Source: Priapulus caudatus (taxonomy: Eukaryota). From it: a DNA stretch of 59,844 nucleotides. The stretch spans positions 866,057-925,900 of the forward strand of contig NW_014577065.1 of assembly GCF_000485595.1 (NCBI RefSeq), given 5' to 3'. Shown piece after piece: positions 1 through 48,556 of the stretch. A program made the position numbers and the translations under genes. Below the pieces are notes generated by a model. That model saw only the letters and a list, made by a program, of their open reading frames with translations. It was not told the origin of the DNA and did no database searches. Every line of letters begins with the position of its first letter. Position 1 is the first letter of the stretch.

Positions 1-49
1 GACGAGGTGGCCTAAAGCCACACTTGGATGTGGCTATCTATCGCCTGTC

Positions 50-1055
50 ATTTTAGCCTGTGCACCAAATATAAAATTCTATAATACTTTCTAATGTGGC
101 AGGCGGTCATATCCTGGGTTGCATATGCCCAGTATCTGCTAAAATGACGCGTTTTTCGGCGAATATATACACATACATGTATCTGAGATAATGCTGCCAG
201 AAACACTATGTCTGGGATACCCTGCAAGCTAGAGCGTCATACCATCTCCTACACGAGCCATAGCAATAGACTTTTATCCCATAAATCTACACACGGGTAG
301 GCCTACTCCCGCCCCAGTTTAAATACGTTTTTGAATCAAAATATGATAGGGCGTCGTACCATCATTTACAAGAGCCATAGCAATAGACTTCTATCACATA
401 AATCTACTACCCGGTACTCCAGCTTCATACGTTTTTGAATCAAAATATGTTCTTTAGCGAGTTACTGCGCATGCGCGAACCCGCATTTTAGCCTGAGGAA
501 CAAAATATAAAATTTTAGCATATAATTTGCTAATGTGGCAGACGGCCGTATCCTGGGTTGGATATGCCCAGTACCTGTTAAAATGACGAGTTTATCGGCG
601 AATATATACACGTACGTACATGACTTGTATCTGAGAGAATTCTACCCGAAACACTCTGTCCAGGGTACCCTGAAAGATAGGGCGTCGTAGCATCTTTTAC
701 AAGAGCCATAGCAATAGACTTCTATCACATAAATCTACACACGGGTACCCCGCTCCAGTTTAAATAAGTTTTGGAATCAAAATATCAGTTATTCAGTTTG
801 TTACTGCGCATGCGCGAGCCAGGATGTATATAGGGACTCTATCATCGGTTGCATATGCCCAGTATCTGTTAAAATGACGAGTTTTCGGCGAATATGTATA
901 CACGTAAATGTAGGCTATCTGAGAGAATTCTGTCTGAAACACTATCCGGGGTACCCTACATTACAAGATAGGGCGTCGTACCATCTTTTACAAGAGCTAT
1001 ACCATCTTTTACAAGAGCCATAGCAATAGACTTTTATCCCATAAATTTACACACG
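50..1055. repeat. Degenerate complex tandem repeat array
   Basis: Blocks GCATATGCCCAGTATCTG.TAAAATGACG (about 120, 560, 850) and GAGCCATAGCAATAGACTT (about 255, 370, 700, 1015) recur. Confidence 0.85.
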
Positions 1056-1195
1056 GAAAGTTCTACAAAGGGAGATGAAGAAGAAGATAAGGGTCAGACC
1101 ATAAATTATATAGAATACAGATCAAAAAATATTTCTTCAACCAATTTTCTGATTGGGTAATTTTGCGTAAGTAATTTTTGTCGATGTTTGGCGCT

Positions 1196-1208
1196 GTGGT
1201 CGGGCAAC
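1196..1208 (+). promoter_or_regulatory. Candidate RFX X-box next to the AHI1 start
   Basis: GTGGTC-G-GGCAAC has one mismatch to GTNRCC(N0-3)RGYAAC and lies 6 nt upstream of the ATG; CCAAT/ATTGG near 1141-1156. Confidence 0.45.
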
Positions 1209-1214
1209 ACAACT

Positions 1215-36094
<34,880 letters not shown>

Positions 36095-37804
36095 GCTAGC
36101 AACCAGCGCTGTTTATGATGACACAATGAAGTGTGTTCGATGCACGGTTTCCACGTACATTAAATGTACAATTTGCTTTTGATTGTCTTCAATACTTGAG
36201 GGCATTCAGGGCCAAAGTTCAAAGACATGTGTCTAGTCCATAGGTTTGAAGTATTCTACACTTCAATCTCATCTGTGTTGTTGTGAAGGTTTTGGGTTTG
36301 CAGTGAAAATCCTAAAATGATTGAAGTAAAACAAAATCATATATTTTAGTATATATACTTAGGTATGCTAGAATTGGTTCATTTATGTTCATTGCCAAAC
36401 TTGAACAAGTAAATTAACAAGTTCAGGGGAGCAATTGCATACTTTTTGTTGCCTTTCCAAGTCTGTAGCTTTAGATTTATAGAGTATTACCTCGTTCTAA
36501 TATACGAGAGAAATGTAGGGTAATATAATGAACCTATTTGTATACGTAGGCTACTGGTAATATAGTAGTGATTAATAAATATTCCGTCCCTAGATGGCGC
36601 TCTGACATCGCTAGTGCCTCTATAACGATTAACTGGAGAGTGGATAGGCGCTGACTTGCAACGCACAATTCAGGTGTAGCTGTGAAAATAGACCACGTTT
36701 CATAGGCGGTTTCTTATATTTTGAGGTAATATTTGGGTGGGATTTCATATCATTGTGTATACCAGGGAAGAGTGGATGGCGTTGCATAAGGAGTCCAAGG
36801 TCTTGAAATGCAAATATGCACTTCCCAATATAAACGCGTGCTCCCCCCCCCCAGTATTTTATACTTTACTACTGATTTTGTACGTCACATCATTTATTAG
36901 AAGAATGGAATATTCTTATTTCTGTCTTTTATAGCTGTATATACCTTTATTTATTGATGGATTTTATACTCGTAAGCATTACTTGCTTACTTAAACATTC
37001 AAATGAATTTTCTCTTGGTAATAATAGTGAATTTTGTTAGAAATATTTGTGCTTTGAAATCTCTATTCAATGCAAATACCAGCGAAATCATTTATTAATA
37101 AATTACATGTGCATTTAAACACACATGGATAATCCACATTCTGTTTTTATCGCCTTTTGTACTAACATGCGGCAAAGACGTATTGATATGATTTCTAGTA
37201 TTATGGCGCTTTTATATGGATGTAGTAAGAAAACAAACATAGTTTCTACAAATAAAGTAGGCGAGTAAATAATACTAAATCTACCCGATTAAAACAGCCT
37301 GTGAATAGCTCAATTCATGAGAATATTCTGTGGGTATAATTTCCCCCTTCAACACGCACGCTGGCACACAGACCCTGGTGAAGGTCATTATGGAAGTGCA
37401 TTAACTTTCCTCTGATATGTTTAGTAATTCAAGAAGCTATTTACACCACCTTTATAAAATAAAGAGAGCACATTATAAGGTCAGAATGGGATATTGATAG
37501 TTTGCTTGATAACTGGGGGCAATTCGTAGGTTTCACACACGTATACAATTGTGAATTTGTTTGTGTGCAAAATCGCACGCATATTATTCCAGTGGCTGCA
37601 ACGCTGTCTGCTTACGACTCATAGGAAATATAATAAGCACCCACGTCTATTTTTCTCACCACATGTATATTTTCCATGTATATTAACCAAAACCGAATGG
37701 TGTGCAATTTCTAGTGAGGATCAGAATGATTTTTTATAATTTAATTTCCAGATGAAAACACTACTGGGAAAATACCGCACCGCGACATAAAATCGCTAAT
37801 AAAG

Positions 37805-37883
37805 ATGGCGATTTTGTTGAGGTTACTTCTCGTGACTGTTCCTAGGAGAGTTTCTTCAGCGTGCATTAATGACGGTTTCTCGT
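37805..37883 (+). CDS. Candidate first coding exon of an unidentified downstream gene
   Basis: aagATGGcg (Kozak and YY1-like motif), MAILLRLLLVTVPRRVSSACINDGFS, perfect gtaagt donor. Confidence 0.4.
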
Positions 37884-38942
37884 GTAAGTTCCTAGTTGCT
37901 CACTGGCGTTCCTCGGGCTGACTGAGGACTTTGGGCGCCGGCTTTACAAAGTGCTGGTGATTATATTGCTTTTGCTAATGCATAGCATTACTCAATTAGT
38001 ATCCAATCAGCAAAATAGTGGTACTCGCTTTGCAGAATTTCTGTGCTTGTAGCTAAGTAATGGTATGGCACTTTGCTGAATTTCTGTGCAGGTAGCCAAA
38101 TAAAGTGGTTTATGGCAGGGTAAAGTAATAGTAGAGTGGCGCATTGTATAATTTAAGTGCAGGTATCAAATCAGTATAATATTTCTTCGGATGTGCGCAT
38201 TACTTTAGTATCGTATGTTACATTAACATAATACTGAGTATCTCTTAAGTGTCACCTCACTATAGCTGGTAGTGTTACTACGCTATGTTGACTGCTGATT
38301 TCTTGACCATGTTGCTTTCCTAACAAACATCAATGTGGAAACAAATAAGTAACGGCATATTGTCCTATTTTTTTCCGAATTTAATTTGTGCAATGGAATT
38401 GCAATGTTGCGTGGCAGTTTTCTGCTTGGAAAAAACAGTAAATACAACGTTCGATTTATGTATTGGCTAATAATGTCTCTAATTTATAAGATCAGACATA
38501 TGGGCTAAAGCTTCATTGTTAATAACATGTCAGTATAGCAATGTTAGATGTAAGATTAAATATAGAATTCTATACTCTGCTAGTCATTTATTAGGCTGGA
38601 AGCAATCGCTGACGGGCACGCTAAGACCGTGCTTTAGTGTGTTGTGTGGTTATATTTCATGAAGCAGTTTTTGCCAATAAACAACCAGAATATATACTAC
38701 GTATATCATATCACCGTATCTCGTATATCGCAAAATGTTCAGTTATGCTCACATAAATATAAAACTACAAGTGGAAAAACGCATTAGACGTATCAGAATA
38801 TTTTATTTGTACCTTATTTATATTAGAATATTATTTAATTGCTGTTTGTTGCGCAGCTGTGTTCTTGTATTGCAAGCCGTAACTTTTTACTAGCTTGCAC
38901 GAACTGCATCTCAAGAAAACATGGTGGACAAAGACTAACTTC

Positions 38943-39549
38943 AGCTGATAGGGTCTATGTCCCCCAGGGTACTATCGGAGGGTACCCTGGGTACGGTTCG
39001 ATATATCGGAAAGTACCTCGGGGTACTATACGATATGTCACTGCGTACCCTGCATTGCCCCACCGTACTCTGACTTTCACACACAGTCTGTGAAACAGCA
39101 AAAATATTGAGATTAATTGATGAATCATCAATTAATATGAATAATTTAGAAAAATTAATAAAAGCTAGTAGTCTCGTAGTTTAATGTTATCATTGTAATA
39201 CTATCATTACCATAAATAAAAATGGTTTGATATTAACATCAAATAAAAAAACAACCAATATGCACGTGACGGCGGCAATACCTTGCGGCGGTAATACCTC
39301 ACCCACCAGTATAGGGGAGAAGCGTAAAATGTTGTCATCCACTAAAAATTATCATTTTTCTGCAAAACCATATGCATATGGTTCTGCATGATTTTCATGA
39401 TCAATTGGCTGAAAGTCAGGGTACGGTGGGACAATGCAGGGTACGCAGCGACATATCGTATAGACCTACCCCGAGGTACTTTCTGATATATCGAACCGTA
39501 CCCCGGGTACCTTCCGATAGTAGCCTGGGGGACATAGACCCTATCAGCC
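38943..39549. mobile_element. MITE with about 140-bp TIRs (PIF/Harbinger-like)
   Basis: GCTGATAGGGTCTATGTCCCCCAGG...CTGACTTTCA is mirrored at 39408-39549; the right end is followed by TAA. Confidence 0.85.
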
Positions 39550-41234
39550 TAACGCCAACAGTTGGTAACCGGAATCGAAACCAGTTGTTTCAACCCTAAT
39601 ATAATGTGAAACGACTCCACATAAGGTGAGTTCAGAGTTTGGAGGAACTTATTAACATCAACATTACTGACAGTACCCCGTGTTCTATTATTAAGAGTTC
39701 AGCCCACCTACGATGCAATGACCTGTCTGATGTTCGGTATTGAAGGAACTTTGTTGACGGATGCTGATGTTGCAGATGTTCCGTAGAACTGCATATCGAC
39801 GCGGATTTGAATGTCAACTCGACTCGGGAGTCATGGCGACCGTCGGCGCGCTCTGCGTCGTTATTCGTTGCCAAAGCGATGCACTGGGTTGCTTTTAACG
39901 TGTTAGAGGTTTGCCAAGCCTCCGAGGACGAAAACAAAAGGTTGGATTTCAGCTCAATTATCTGTGTCACGCCCACGTTAGTGTCTGCCTCCGCGGTGGC
40001 GCCATTTCCCACCAGCGATCGAACGCAGATGGCAGTTTTCACATTTATTTGATGTATGAGTGTCTATGTGCGTGTGTATGGGATTAGGGGTAGGTGTCCA
40101 TCTATCAAGGTGCCTCAGCCGTACAGATGCCTTGATAACATTGGTTCCATGAATGATCGGGCTGCGTTTCAATAGAATGCGACCCAAGCGTGAGCGATGG
40201 GCGATTAGCGTGACCCTACCCCATGACCCTGGTGAACCCAACGTGCAGGTGTAGCCACTAGCCACCCACTCTTCCGACCTGTTTTAGACATGTGCAGCAT
40301 AGGTGCCACCGGGGGGAGGGGCGCTGGCAGCGTCAGCGTCAATTCTGTTCTCTCCCTCTCGTACGAAAAAATGGCCGGCGAATACGACGCCAGATTCGCG
40401 ATCTGGCTAAACGGCAGCGGATTCTTCCGCAAATGGCCACGTACAATGCGGCTTGCAAAGGCGCATGCGACGTTACACAACGGCGGGTCGGCTAAACGTC
40501 TTGCGTGGCCGTCGCTAATGGCAGCTGTAATCACTGTGGGTTTTGTAAATTTGTATTTTCGATGGGTGAAGAACGAGGGGGAAAAGCGCGATCATTCTCG
40601 CCAGTGCGCCGTCCTGTCGGGGGAGCTGTCTCACGCGGCGCATCTGGGCGATGTCTCAATGAACGGGTATGATGATGATCTCTGTTTCAGGTACAGTCTC
40701 TGCGTGCGTCGAGGCTTCGAGTCCCCACACCGCCCCCCAATAGTCGCTGTACTCACGGTAAGTTACCCCAGTACTGTTGGAAGTACTGCGTTGTGGTAGT
40801 GGTATGTATGCTACGACGTGTACATCATGAAACACGCCGATGATTCTGTGTGCATATGATCTGATGCGTAGATGGTACGTAGACGAGATGCCATCGGACG
40901 ACAACGATGTTGACTTAGTTAGGACGTTCTCATTAAATCTGGAAAATACGAGTCACTGTGAGAAGTATCGCGCTGGCTTTGCGGATACTCGCTGATGTCA
41001 TCTCGAGATGTCTTGCTCGGTTTTGTAGTCGAATGCGAATTGCAACTGTATCTAGCGCCACTACTGAGAACACCTTATATCGTTACTGATGGTGACCGGG
41101 TAATTCATCTGGTTTGGGACCCATCCAGTCCATCAGCTATGTCAAAACACCTACACATGCATCCACATAATACATATACGCAAGTTCACACACGAGCGCA
41201 CACACACACACACACGCACACACACACACACACA

Positions 41235-41266
<32 letters not shown>

Positions 41267-41897
41267 CGTACGCAGGCACGCACGTATAAGCATGCATATT
41301 GCCTTATAAGGTAAATATAGAACGTGCAGTAATTAAGTCTTGTTAACTAATTTCGTTATTTTATATGGCTAGTATAGTTTTGCAAGTATTCTTATACAGG
41401 GTTTCTATTCACAGTTACGTGTGTGCGAGTAATGTACCACACACTGATGTTGTGCATGTTTGCGTTTAGGGAAACTTATTCATAATTGAAGAATGTATGA
41501 CACAAATATTGTTTGGGCTTTTAGTGACTTAATTCTAATTGCATTAATTTTAGGTCAATATATTTATCATTATGATTGATCATGAAGGGTCACTATATGC
41601 ATTCTGTTTCCCGGTGTCTCTTTCTCACTCCCTCGCACCTCTCCAATTTCCTCTCAAGATTAGAGCGGTAATTTGCGAAAATCTGAAAGTTTCCAAAAAC
41701 TCCGATTATCATAAAGTGGCCTTTGTCAAGTGGCATTCTCAGCATATTCTACGGGGCATTTTTTCCGCAGAGACCATAATGGAGCCACAGTTGTTTCATA
41801 AAGTGTTGCCGCCATAGAGCCACAAATACCCCGTATGAAGCCACCATGCCTTTGCCAGGGCTTATCATCGGCAGGTCACCGTGGCAGCTTCCAGGTG

Positions 41898-42252
41898 CGC
41901 GTTGTCAGAAGCAAAATTAGTCCTAACATTACTATCAACATTTATCTTTCCTCTTAGAGAAACATCGTAAAGTTACGAGAACGAAGAATGGTACCTAATT
42001 TCCTCGTAACTTAACGAAACAAAGTCTTGTCAACAGTCTACGAGAAAAAGTTAATGTTTAGGGCTAAGGTTAAGACTTAATTTCATTTCTGACAACGGGA
42101 GCCCCCCAGTATTCCATCATAGCTTCGATTCGATCAGTACGCACCAGCGCCATACTGCTGACAAACAAAATTAGTCTTAACATTAGTCGTAAGTGTTATC
42201 TTAGCATTAACATTAGCATTAACTTTACGATGTTTCTGACAACGGGCCCCTA
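41898..42252. mobile_element. Two adjacent degenerate MITE fragments
   Basis: CGTTGTCAGAA / TTCTGACAACGG termini; CAAAATTAGTC.TAACATTA is repeated. Confidence 0.55.
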
Positions 42253-42419
42253 GATTTCTAGTTTTCTCGTCCGATCTGCGGTCGCGTCGCACCGTCCAGC
42301 TCTTAATGAGCGGAGTATCCGTTCTCTCCTCCGCGCTCGAACGAGAGCGGCCAACGATAGAGACGCCGTCTCCGTCGTTTGCCTCTCGCCTGCTATCCCG
42401 GCGCGTCGCCTACTACACG

Positions 42420-42580
42420 ATACACGCGTCGACACCGACGATGTCGCCGCATGCACGTCGTTGTCGCATGCACGCGTCGACACCGACGACGTCGCCGCAT
42501 GCACGTTGTCGTTGTCGCATGCACGCGTCGACACGGGCGACATCGCCGCATGCGTGCGTCGACACCGACGACGTCGCCGC
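42420..42580. repeat. CpG-rich palindromic tandem repeat
   Basis: Units of CACGCGTCGACACCGACGACGTCGCCGCATG. Confidence 0.8.
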
Positions 42581-42837
42581 CCTTGCTCGGGAGATTTATC
42601 GCGGCTATAGAGCGCAGATACTTGTCAATTAGCGACGAGTTATTGTCGCGAGTGTCGCGCATAAGCAACGACGTTGTTGTCGCTGATGAGCGACATTGAC
42701 ATTCGTCGCAGGCTCGGCCGCGTGATGGAGGCAGTGCCGAGTGCTGGTCGCGCGATATCGTCATGCAGCGACCGGCTGGTATCTGCAGCGACCGGGCAGT
42801 GTTAGCCGAGTCGAAACCGTAACGAAACAGAAACCAC

Positions 42838-43050
42838 ACAGGCGATATTGTCAGTTTACAGGTGATATTGCCTGTTTACAGGTGATATTGCCTGTTTACA
42901 GGTTATATTGCCAATTTACATGTGATATTGCCAGTTTACATGTGATATTGCCAGTTTACAGGTGATATTGCCAGTTTACAGGTGATATTGCCAGTTTACA
43001 TGTGATATTGCCAGTTTACAGGTGATATTGCCAGTTTACTGGTGATGTTG
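42838..43050. repeat. 20-bp minisatellite, about 10.5 copies
   Basis: Unit ACAGGTGATATTGCCAGTTT. Confidence 0.95.
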
Positions 43051-44155
43051 CGAATGACACGTGCTGTGTGGGCCACAACTAAGGCAATGTGGCCATTGCC
43101 CGTGTGATTTCAGCTGTAACCAGCGTGTTATTGATAGTAACTGCACCATATTAATCACAAAAGGAGACAATAAGCTCACTAAACAGGCGGCATTAGTAGT
43201 GATAAAACTATGCTAACCGTGACCGAGGTGCATTGGCTGGCTGATATCTTGTGTACCCTTGCGATACTGCCTATGATCTGGATTGATACCAGCGAAAGTT
43301 ACCACATTGTGAAGAAGAGCATGTCATGTGCAATGAAATACGGACGAATATTGCCTGCTAAGCACTGCTGTCACCTCACATAAACACTAGCTGTTTCTCG
43401 CTTTCAATGGAACCCACTATGTGCAGCAAAAGAAAGTTTGAATCAGTAGAAAAAGACGGTGTATCAGGTCTGGCAAAACGTACAGATCGTATAAAACCCT
43501 TAAATCTTGTCGAACTTCCTGCCGAACGTCATATTATGTTCATGTTTACGACAATGTTTGTCATGTAATAGAAAAGATTTCACTTTCATTTTGTTGAGTA
43601 ATGTCGAGGTCGTAGTTTGTCAAAATTCCATGGATTTTAGTCTACCCTTCTGGATTGTGACTATTATATGGGAAATGGAAAATTGAGGAAAATGTTGGAG
43701 TCATGTTTATTAAGCTACGCATAATAAATCATAGGTAGACCAAGGATAGTAAAAGGAAATCGCCCGGTTGTCTTTCGGGGTGTCATACTCCCGTACACTA
43801 GAATTTTTACTCTAGATATGTATATATATATATATATAATTATATATATGTATATACATTTATAGTTCATAGTTCGTGCATGCTATCAACGTGTTATGTA
43901 ACTGAATTAATTATCGACGTTTAATTGGGCAACATCTTTTAAAAACATAACAGCATTCGGGCAACATTACCATCATCGCGTGCAGTAAACATATAGCTGC
44001 CAATGCTGCTTCTCTTCCCAGCAAGGAAGACGGTGTAGGTACGCGGTCAGCAGCCAAGACCATCGCGCTGCTGGTGTTCTTTATCGACTTGCATGACATG
44101 GTGTCAGCGATGCTCACTAGCTGGCACCACTATAGCGGGCTGCCAGCGATATTAT

Positions 44156-44384
44156 GGGAAATGCTATCCCCCGGGCGTGGAGGGACAGTACCGCAATGTG
44201 GCAGCACTAGTGTTAGGATTAGGGTTAGGGTTAGGGTTAGCGTTAGGGTTAGGGTTAGGGATATAAGGCCATGTCTAGTACGGAAGTATGACTGTGGAAT
44301 CTTTCTGTGGAAGATTTGGACTTTGAAGTATACGTCAACTGTATCACGTGACTGTCCCTCCACGCCCGGGGGATAGCAACACCC
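44156..44384. mobile_element. Mutator-like MITE containing (TTAGGG)n
   Basis: 9-bp TSD CGATATTAT, GGG...CCC ends, perfect 28-bp inverted repeat TGCTATCCCCCGGGCGTGGAGGGACAGT, internal telomere-like hexamers at 44213-44260. Confidence 0.88.
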
Positions 44385-45688
44385 CGATATTATATGCTAG
44401 CTAGCTTGGCGTATGTTTCTGCTAATGTTTTGGCGCTCCGCTGGCAAAGCGTACGATGCTGCAGTGCTCTAACAACTGGCAAGGTCGCCAGGCGTTGTTG
44501 CCTGGGCAATCCTTGCCAGCTGGTGCATAGCATACGGCGTTGACAGCGCATGGCATATCGCCACGAGCTGTTGCCGGGCGATCCTTGCCAGCTGGCGTAT
44601 GGCATACGAGTGGTGACAAGCAGCTGGCATGGCGCGTGACATCACAGCGTGTCGTGTGACATCACAGTGTGTCGTGTGACATCACAGCGTGTCGTGTCGC
44701 TCGTGGCTGGACCCACGGCGCTACACTCCCGCCGCGCGCAAAGTAAATTTCCTAGCAGATATACGCCCAATTATAAATTCTCGTGGAAAGGCTAATTCCT
44801 TTCATAAATTGGTTTTAATGCGTCTCATTATCCCCCGGGTTTGATGCTCAAATTCCCACCAGCGCTGACTAATGATTCTTTGCTTTATCGTAAGACTTTG
44901 CGAGAATGTTAATTAGTGCAGGAGCCTGACATGCTTGGCTAATTACCGACTTCTCGGAGATAGTGTTAATTGGCGGGGAAATCATTTGTCAATGGAAGCT
45001 GATAAGCGCAGACGTTTAAAATGCATTTGAGCCCTTTTTATGTCAGAACTTAGCCTGACCTGAAAGCTGATTATGATTTAAGCAAAGACATATTCCCAGT
45101 GTCAGGTGTGTGAGGGTGGCTAACGACTCTTGACTAATTAAAATGCTAATTATCAATTAATTTAGCAGACACCCTTCGCGGTAGTCACATTGGCAACAAA
45201 CAGCAGGAGCGCGCACGGGTGAAACTTTGCGGCCAGGTTTTTGTGTTAACCCATTTCACACACGCATGCAATCGTACGCACGCACGCAGACACACAGAGA
45301 CACAGGGAGGAAAAAACGCCACATGGCTACTAAACGTCTACCGTAAATGCATAAAGCCACTTTTGTTCTGCGCATTCATCCGATTCAATCTTATTATCTG
45401 CGCTGCACATTTGTGTGACATCATGCATTCCGCGATGCATTCCTATCTATCTATGCATACGCAAAACCAATATCGCTGCTCAAGCACTTTAATTTTGAAT
45501 GCTACGAAGAACGCAAAGCCAACGCACGCACGCGCGCATGCACGCATGTTGCCACAGGTACACGCACGTACATACGCGCTGACACAGGCGAACCCATGCG
45601 CGCACGCACGCATGCACAAACACGGCCACGTACGCACAAACACGGCCACGCACGCATGGACACACGCACGCACGGGCACACACGTATA

Positions 45689-46303
45689 TGGTTGGCCACA
45701 GTGGACAAAAATCAAGAATACATGACTACATATTATATGCCCGCATATAATCGACCAATGGGAAGCGAGGAATATATGCCCGCATATAATCGAATATATG
45801 CCCGCATATAATCGGAGCCAATCAAATCAAAGGAATTATGTCCACCATAAATAACTTCCGTCCCCGTTTTGACCACATCCGTCCCAAAAATCACCGTCTA
45901 GACGCATTGTCTGGTTCGCTTGATACAATGTAATGGCATGTATGCTAGCGCTTGCAAATTATGCTATGGCCTGCGCCCGCTGAGATTTTCACGTCTGGCT
46001 AGACTGGTTCGCGGCCGAACTGTCGTCGCAGAGCGTGTACATTGTGTAGCAGAGCGTGAGGCCGGATACCAGTCCAATACATTATGCAATTGTAAAACGG
46101 GGACGGAAGTGTAAAACGGGGACGGAAGTTATTTATGGTGGACATAATTCCTTTGATTTGATTGGCTCCGATTATATGCGGGCATATAATGCAGCTATTC
46201 GATTATATGCGGGCATATATTCCTCGCTTCCCATTGGTCGATTATATGCGGGCATATAATATGTAGTCATGTATTCTTGATTTTTGTCCACTGTGGCCAA
46301 CCA
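45689..46303. mobile_element. Foldback-like MITE with about 190-bp TIRs, inserted at TA in a (CACG)-type repeat
   Basis: TGGTTGGCCACAGTGGACAAAAATCAAG... is mirrored at the right end; three ATATGCCCGCATATAAT subrepeats per arm. Confidence 0.9.
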
Positions 46304-48229
46304 TACACGTACGCACACGCAAATACGTACGCACGGGCACACACGTACGCACACGCCCATACGTACGTACGCACGGGCACACACGCACGGGCACGCACGC
46401 ACGCACGCACGGGCACACACATGGCGCACGAACGGGCACACACATACGCACGGGCACACATGCACGCACGGGCACACATGCACACACGCACGCACGCAGA
46501 CTCGCCGACGTCGGCGCAGCAGCTCTTCTGTTGCACTACGTCACAGCCGCTCGCGTCACTCTCCCCGCGCCGACGCTCGCGTTTGTTCAGGTAATGAAAA
46601 TGCGCATCGCGAGTCCGCTGAAAGACCCGCCGTAATGGACGCGCCGACGAGCAAACTGATCTCACCTGACACGTGATTGGCATTTGTGATCTCGCCGCGT
46701 CTCGCGTGTCGCGCGGGCGCGGACAGACGACGAGAGAACCGCGGCGAGGCAGCCGCGCGTTGCTATGGCGCGGAGACGCTCCCCGCCCGGCGCGCCCTCC
46801 CGCGGTACGGAGTACGTCGTGTCCCTTGTACGTACACGCTCGAAACTCCACGGCATCTCAGCAGCCGTGTCGGCATGACGTAACATCCGGTCATGACTCG
46901 CGCACCGGTAGCGGCAACGATGCAGACGAGAAGATTCGTTTTTCTAAACGTGCGGGCGGGACGACTTCAGTTGCGCGGGAAGAGGCGGGGAGGAGAGGGA
47001 ATAGAGAGGGGGAGGGGAGGGAGTAGAGAGGAGAGGAAAACAGAGAGATTGGGAGAGGGGGAAGGGAGGAGAACAGAAAGAGAAGTGAGAGGGGGGAGAG
47101 AGAGAGAGAGAATGGGGAGATATGAGGTGGAGAAGGGAGAGAAAAAGCGAAAAGGGGAGAGAAAATGGAGGAGAATAGAAAGAGAATTAAGAGGGAGGAG
47201 AGAGAGCGGGAAGAGAGGTGAAGAAGGGAAAGAAAGAGATGGGGCCGGGAGAGATATAGAGGAGTGCGGGATGGGTGCGGGAGACCGCGGTATTAAATCG
47301 ACTCAAAGTTCGATCAAACGCAATCGCCTAATTTCAAGTGCGATTCGTTTTGTTTGCGTTCGTGGTGGTGAATGAAAGTATGAATGAAAAGAAAGTATCC
47401 TTGTGCGTGCGTGCGGGCGCGTGCTTGTGCGTGAGAGGGAACGCAAGCGAATGAGTGAGTGAGTGAGTGAGTGAGTGAGAGAGAGCGAGTGTGGGAAACG
47501 GTTGGCATTTTCACACCGTCCGTAATGCATATGGTAATGGCCACATCCCCGAGCGCAGCAATCTCATTCTGCCGTCATTATGAATGTGTTTCTTGCTGTC
47601 AACTTTTGAAATTTCACCATACAATGAGCTGCCAGATTGATCACCACACATATCATATTTCGACTATTTGCATGTAAAGCGAGTCATTTTTCAAAATGCA
47701 AAACTATGGCCCGATGTGCGATTATTCGGCTGCCATCCAGCAGGGCCTTTATCTGTGCGGCCGAATCGGAAAATGCTCACCGCCCGATTGTATTGTGGCC
47801 CGCGCTCGCGTGGAAATATTAAAATGTGCTTATATTTCGTCGCGGCGAAAATATTAAAATGTACTTTGCATAATCGGACCGGGGAACGCACGCGCACCGT
47901 TGTAGCAGACGTAATGAGGCGCCGGTCTTGTGGGGCACGCGTTCGCGACGGGATCGGAGCGCACGGGGGTGAGCGTAAGCTGATGGGTGTAGGGACGCGG
48001 TGGTGGAGCGGGAGGGGGGAGAAGCGGGCCTCACGCTGGCCTGCATCCTCCCCGCGGTCGTAGAATGAGATGCATCACCTCGGAATTAATTCCGCCGGCG
48101 CGAAAATTTTTAATTATGCCGATTCGGACGCGTGTCGTTGAAATACTCGATCAACGCTAGTCGTCTGCGCTATGTAGCTCGACAATGCGTGAATTCACGA
48201 CCACGAAGCTTGTGGCAGCAATTGTAGAG

Positions 48230-48308
48230 GGGAAAACAAAAGGGAGAGTGAGGAAAAGAGAGGGGAAGAGGTAGAGAGAAAGATCGAGAGAGCAAAATGT
48301 AGGAGAGC

Positions 48309-48347
<39 letters not shown>

Positions 48348-48354
48348 GAGTAGC

Positions 48355-48400
<46 letters not shown>

Positions 48401-48556
48401 AGAGTACGCACAGCATTAGTTTGTCACTCTGAGCCATTAAAACAGTTTGGCGAATTTACAGCGTTCAATGCAGTGTGAATCGAGAGAGAGAGAGACATAC
48501 AGCAGGACCAAGAACAGACAGAACAGAGCAGGACAGGCAAGGAGTATCTGAGAGAG

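Noticed and set aside
39632..40799. ORFs of 136 and 169 aa in the downstream region
   Set aside because: No recognisable domain and no consistent exon chain.
42838..43050. Regular repeats here and at 52738-53310 that could be mistaken for CRISPR arrays
   Set aside because: They are head-to-tail units with no unique spacers, in a eukaryotic context with no cas genes.
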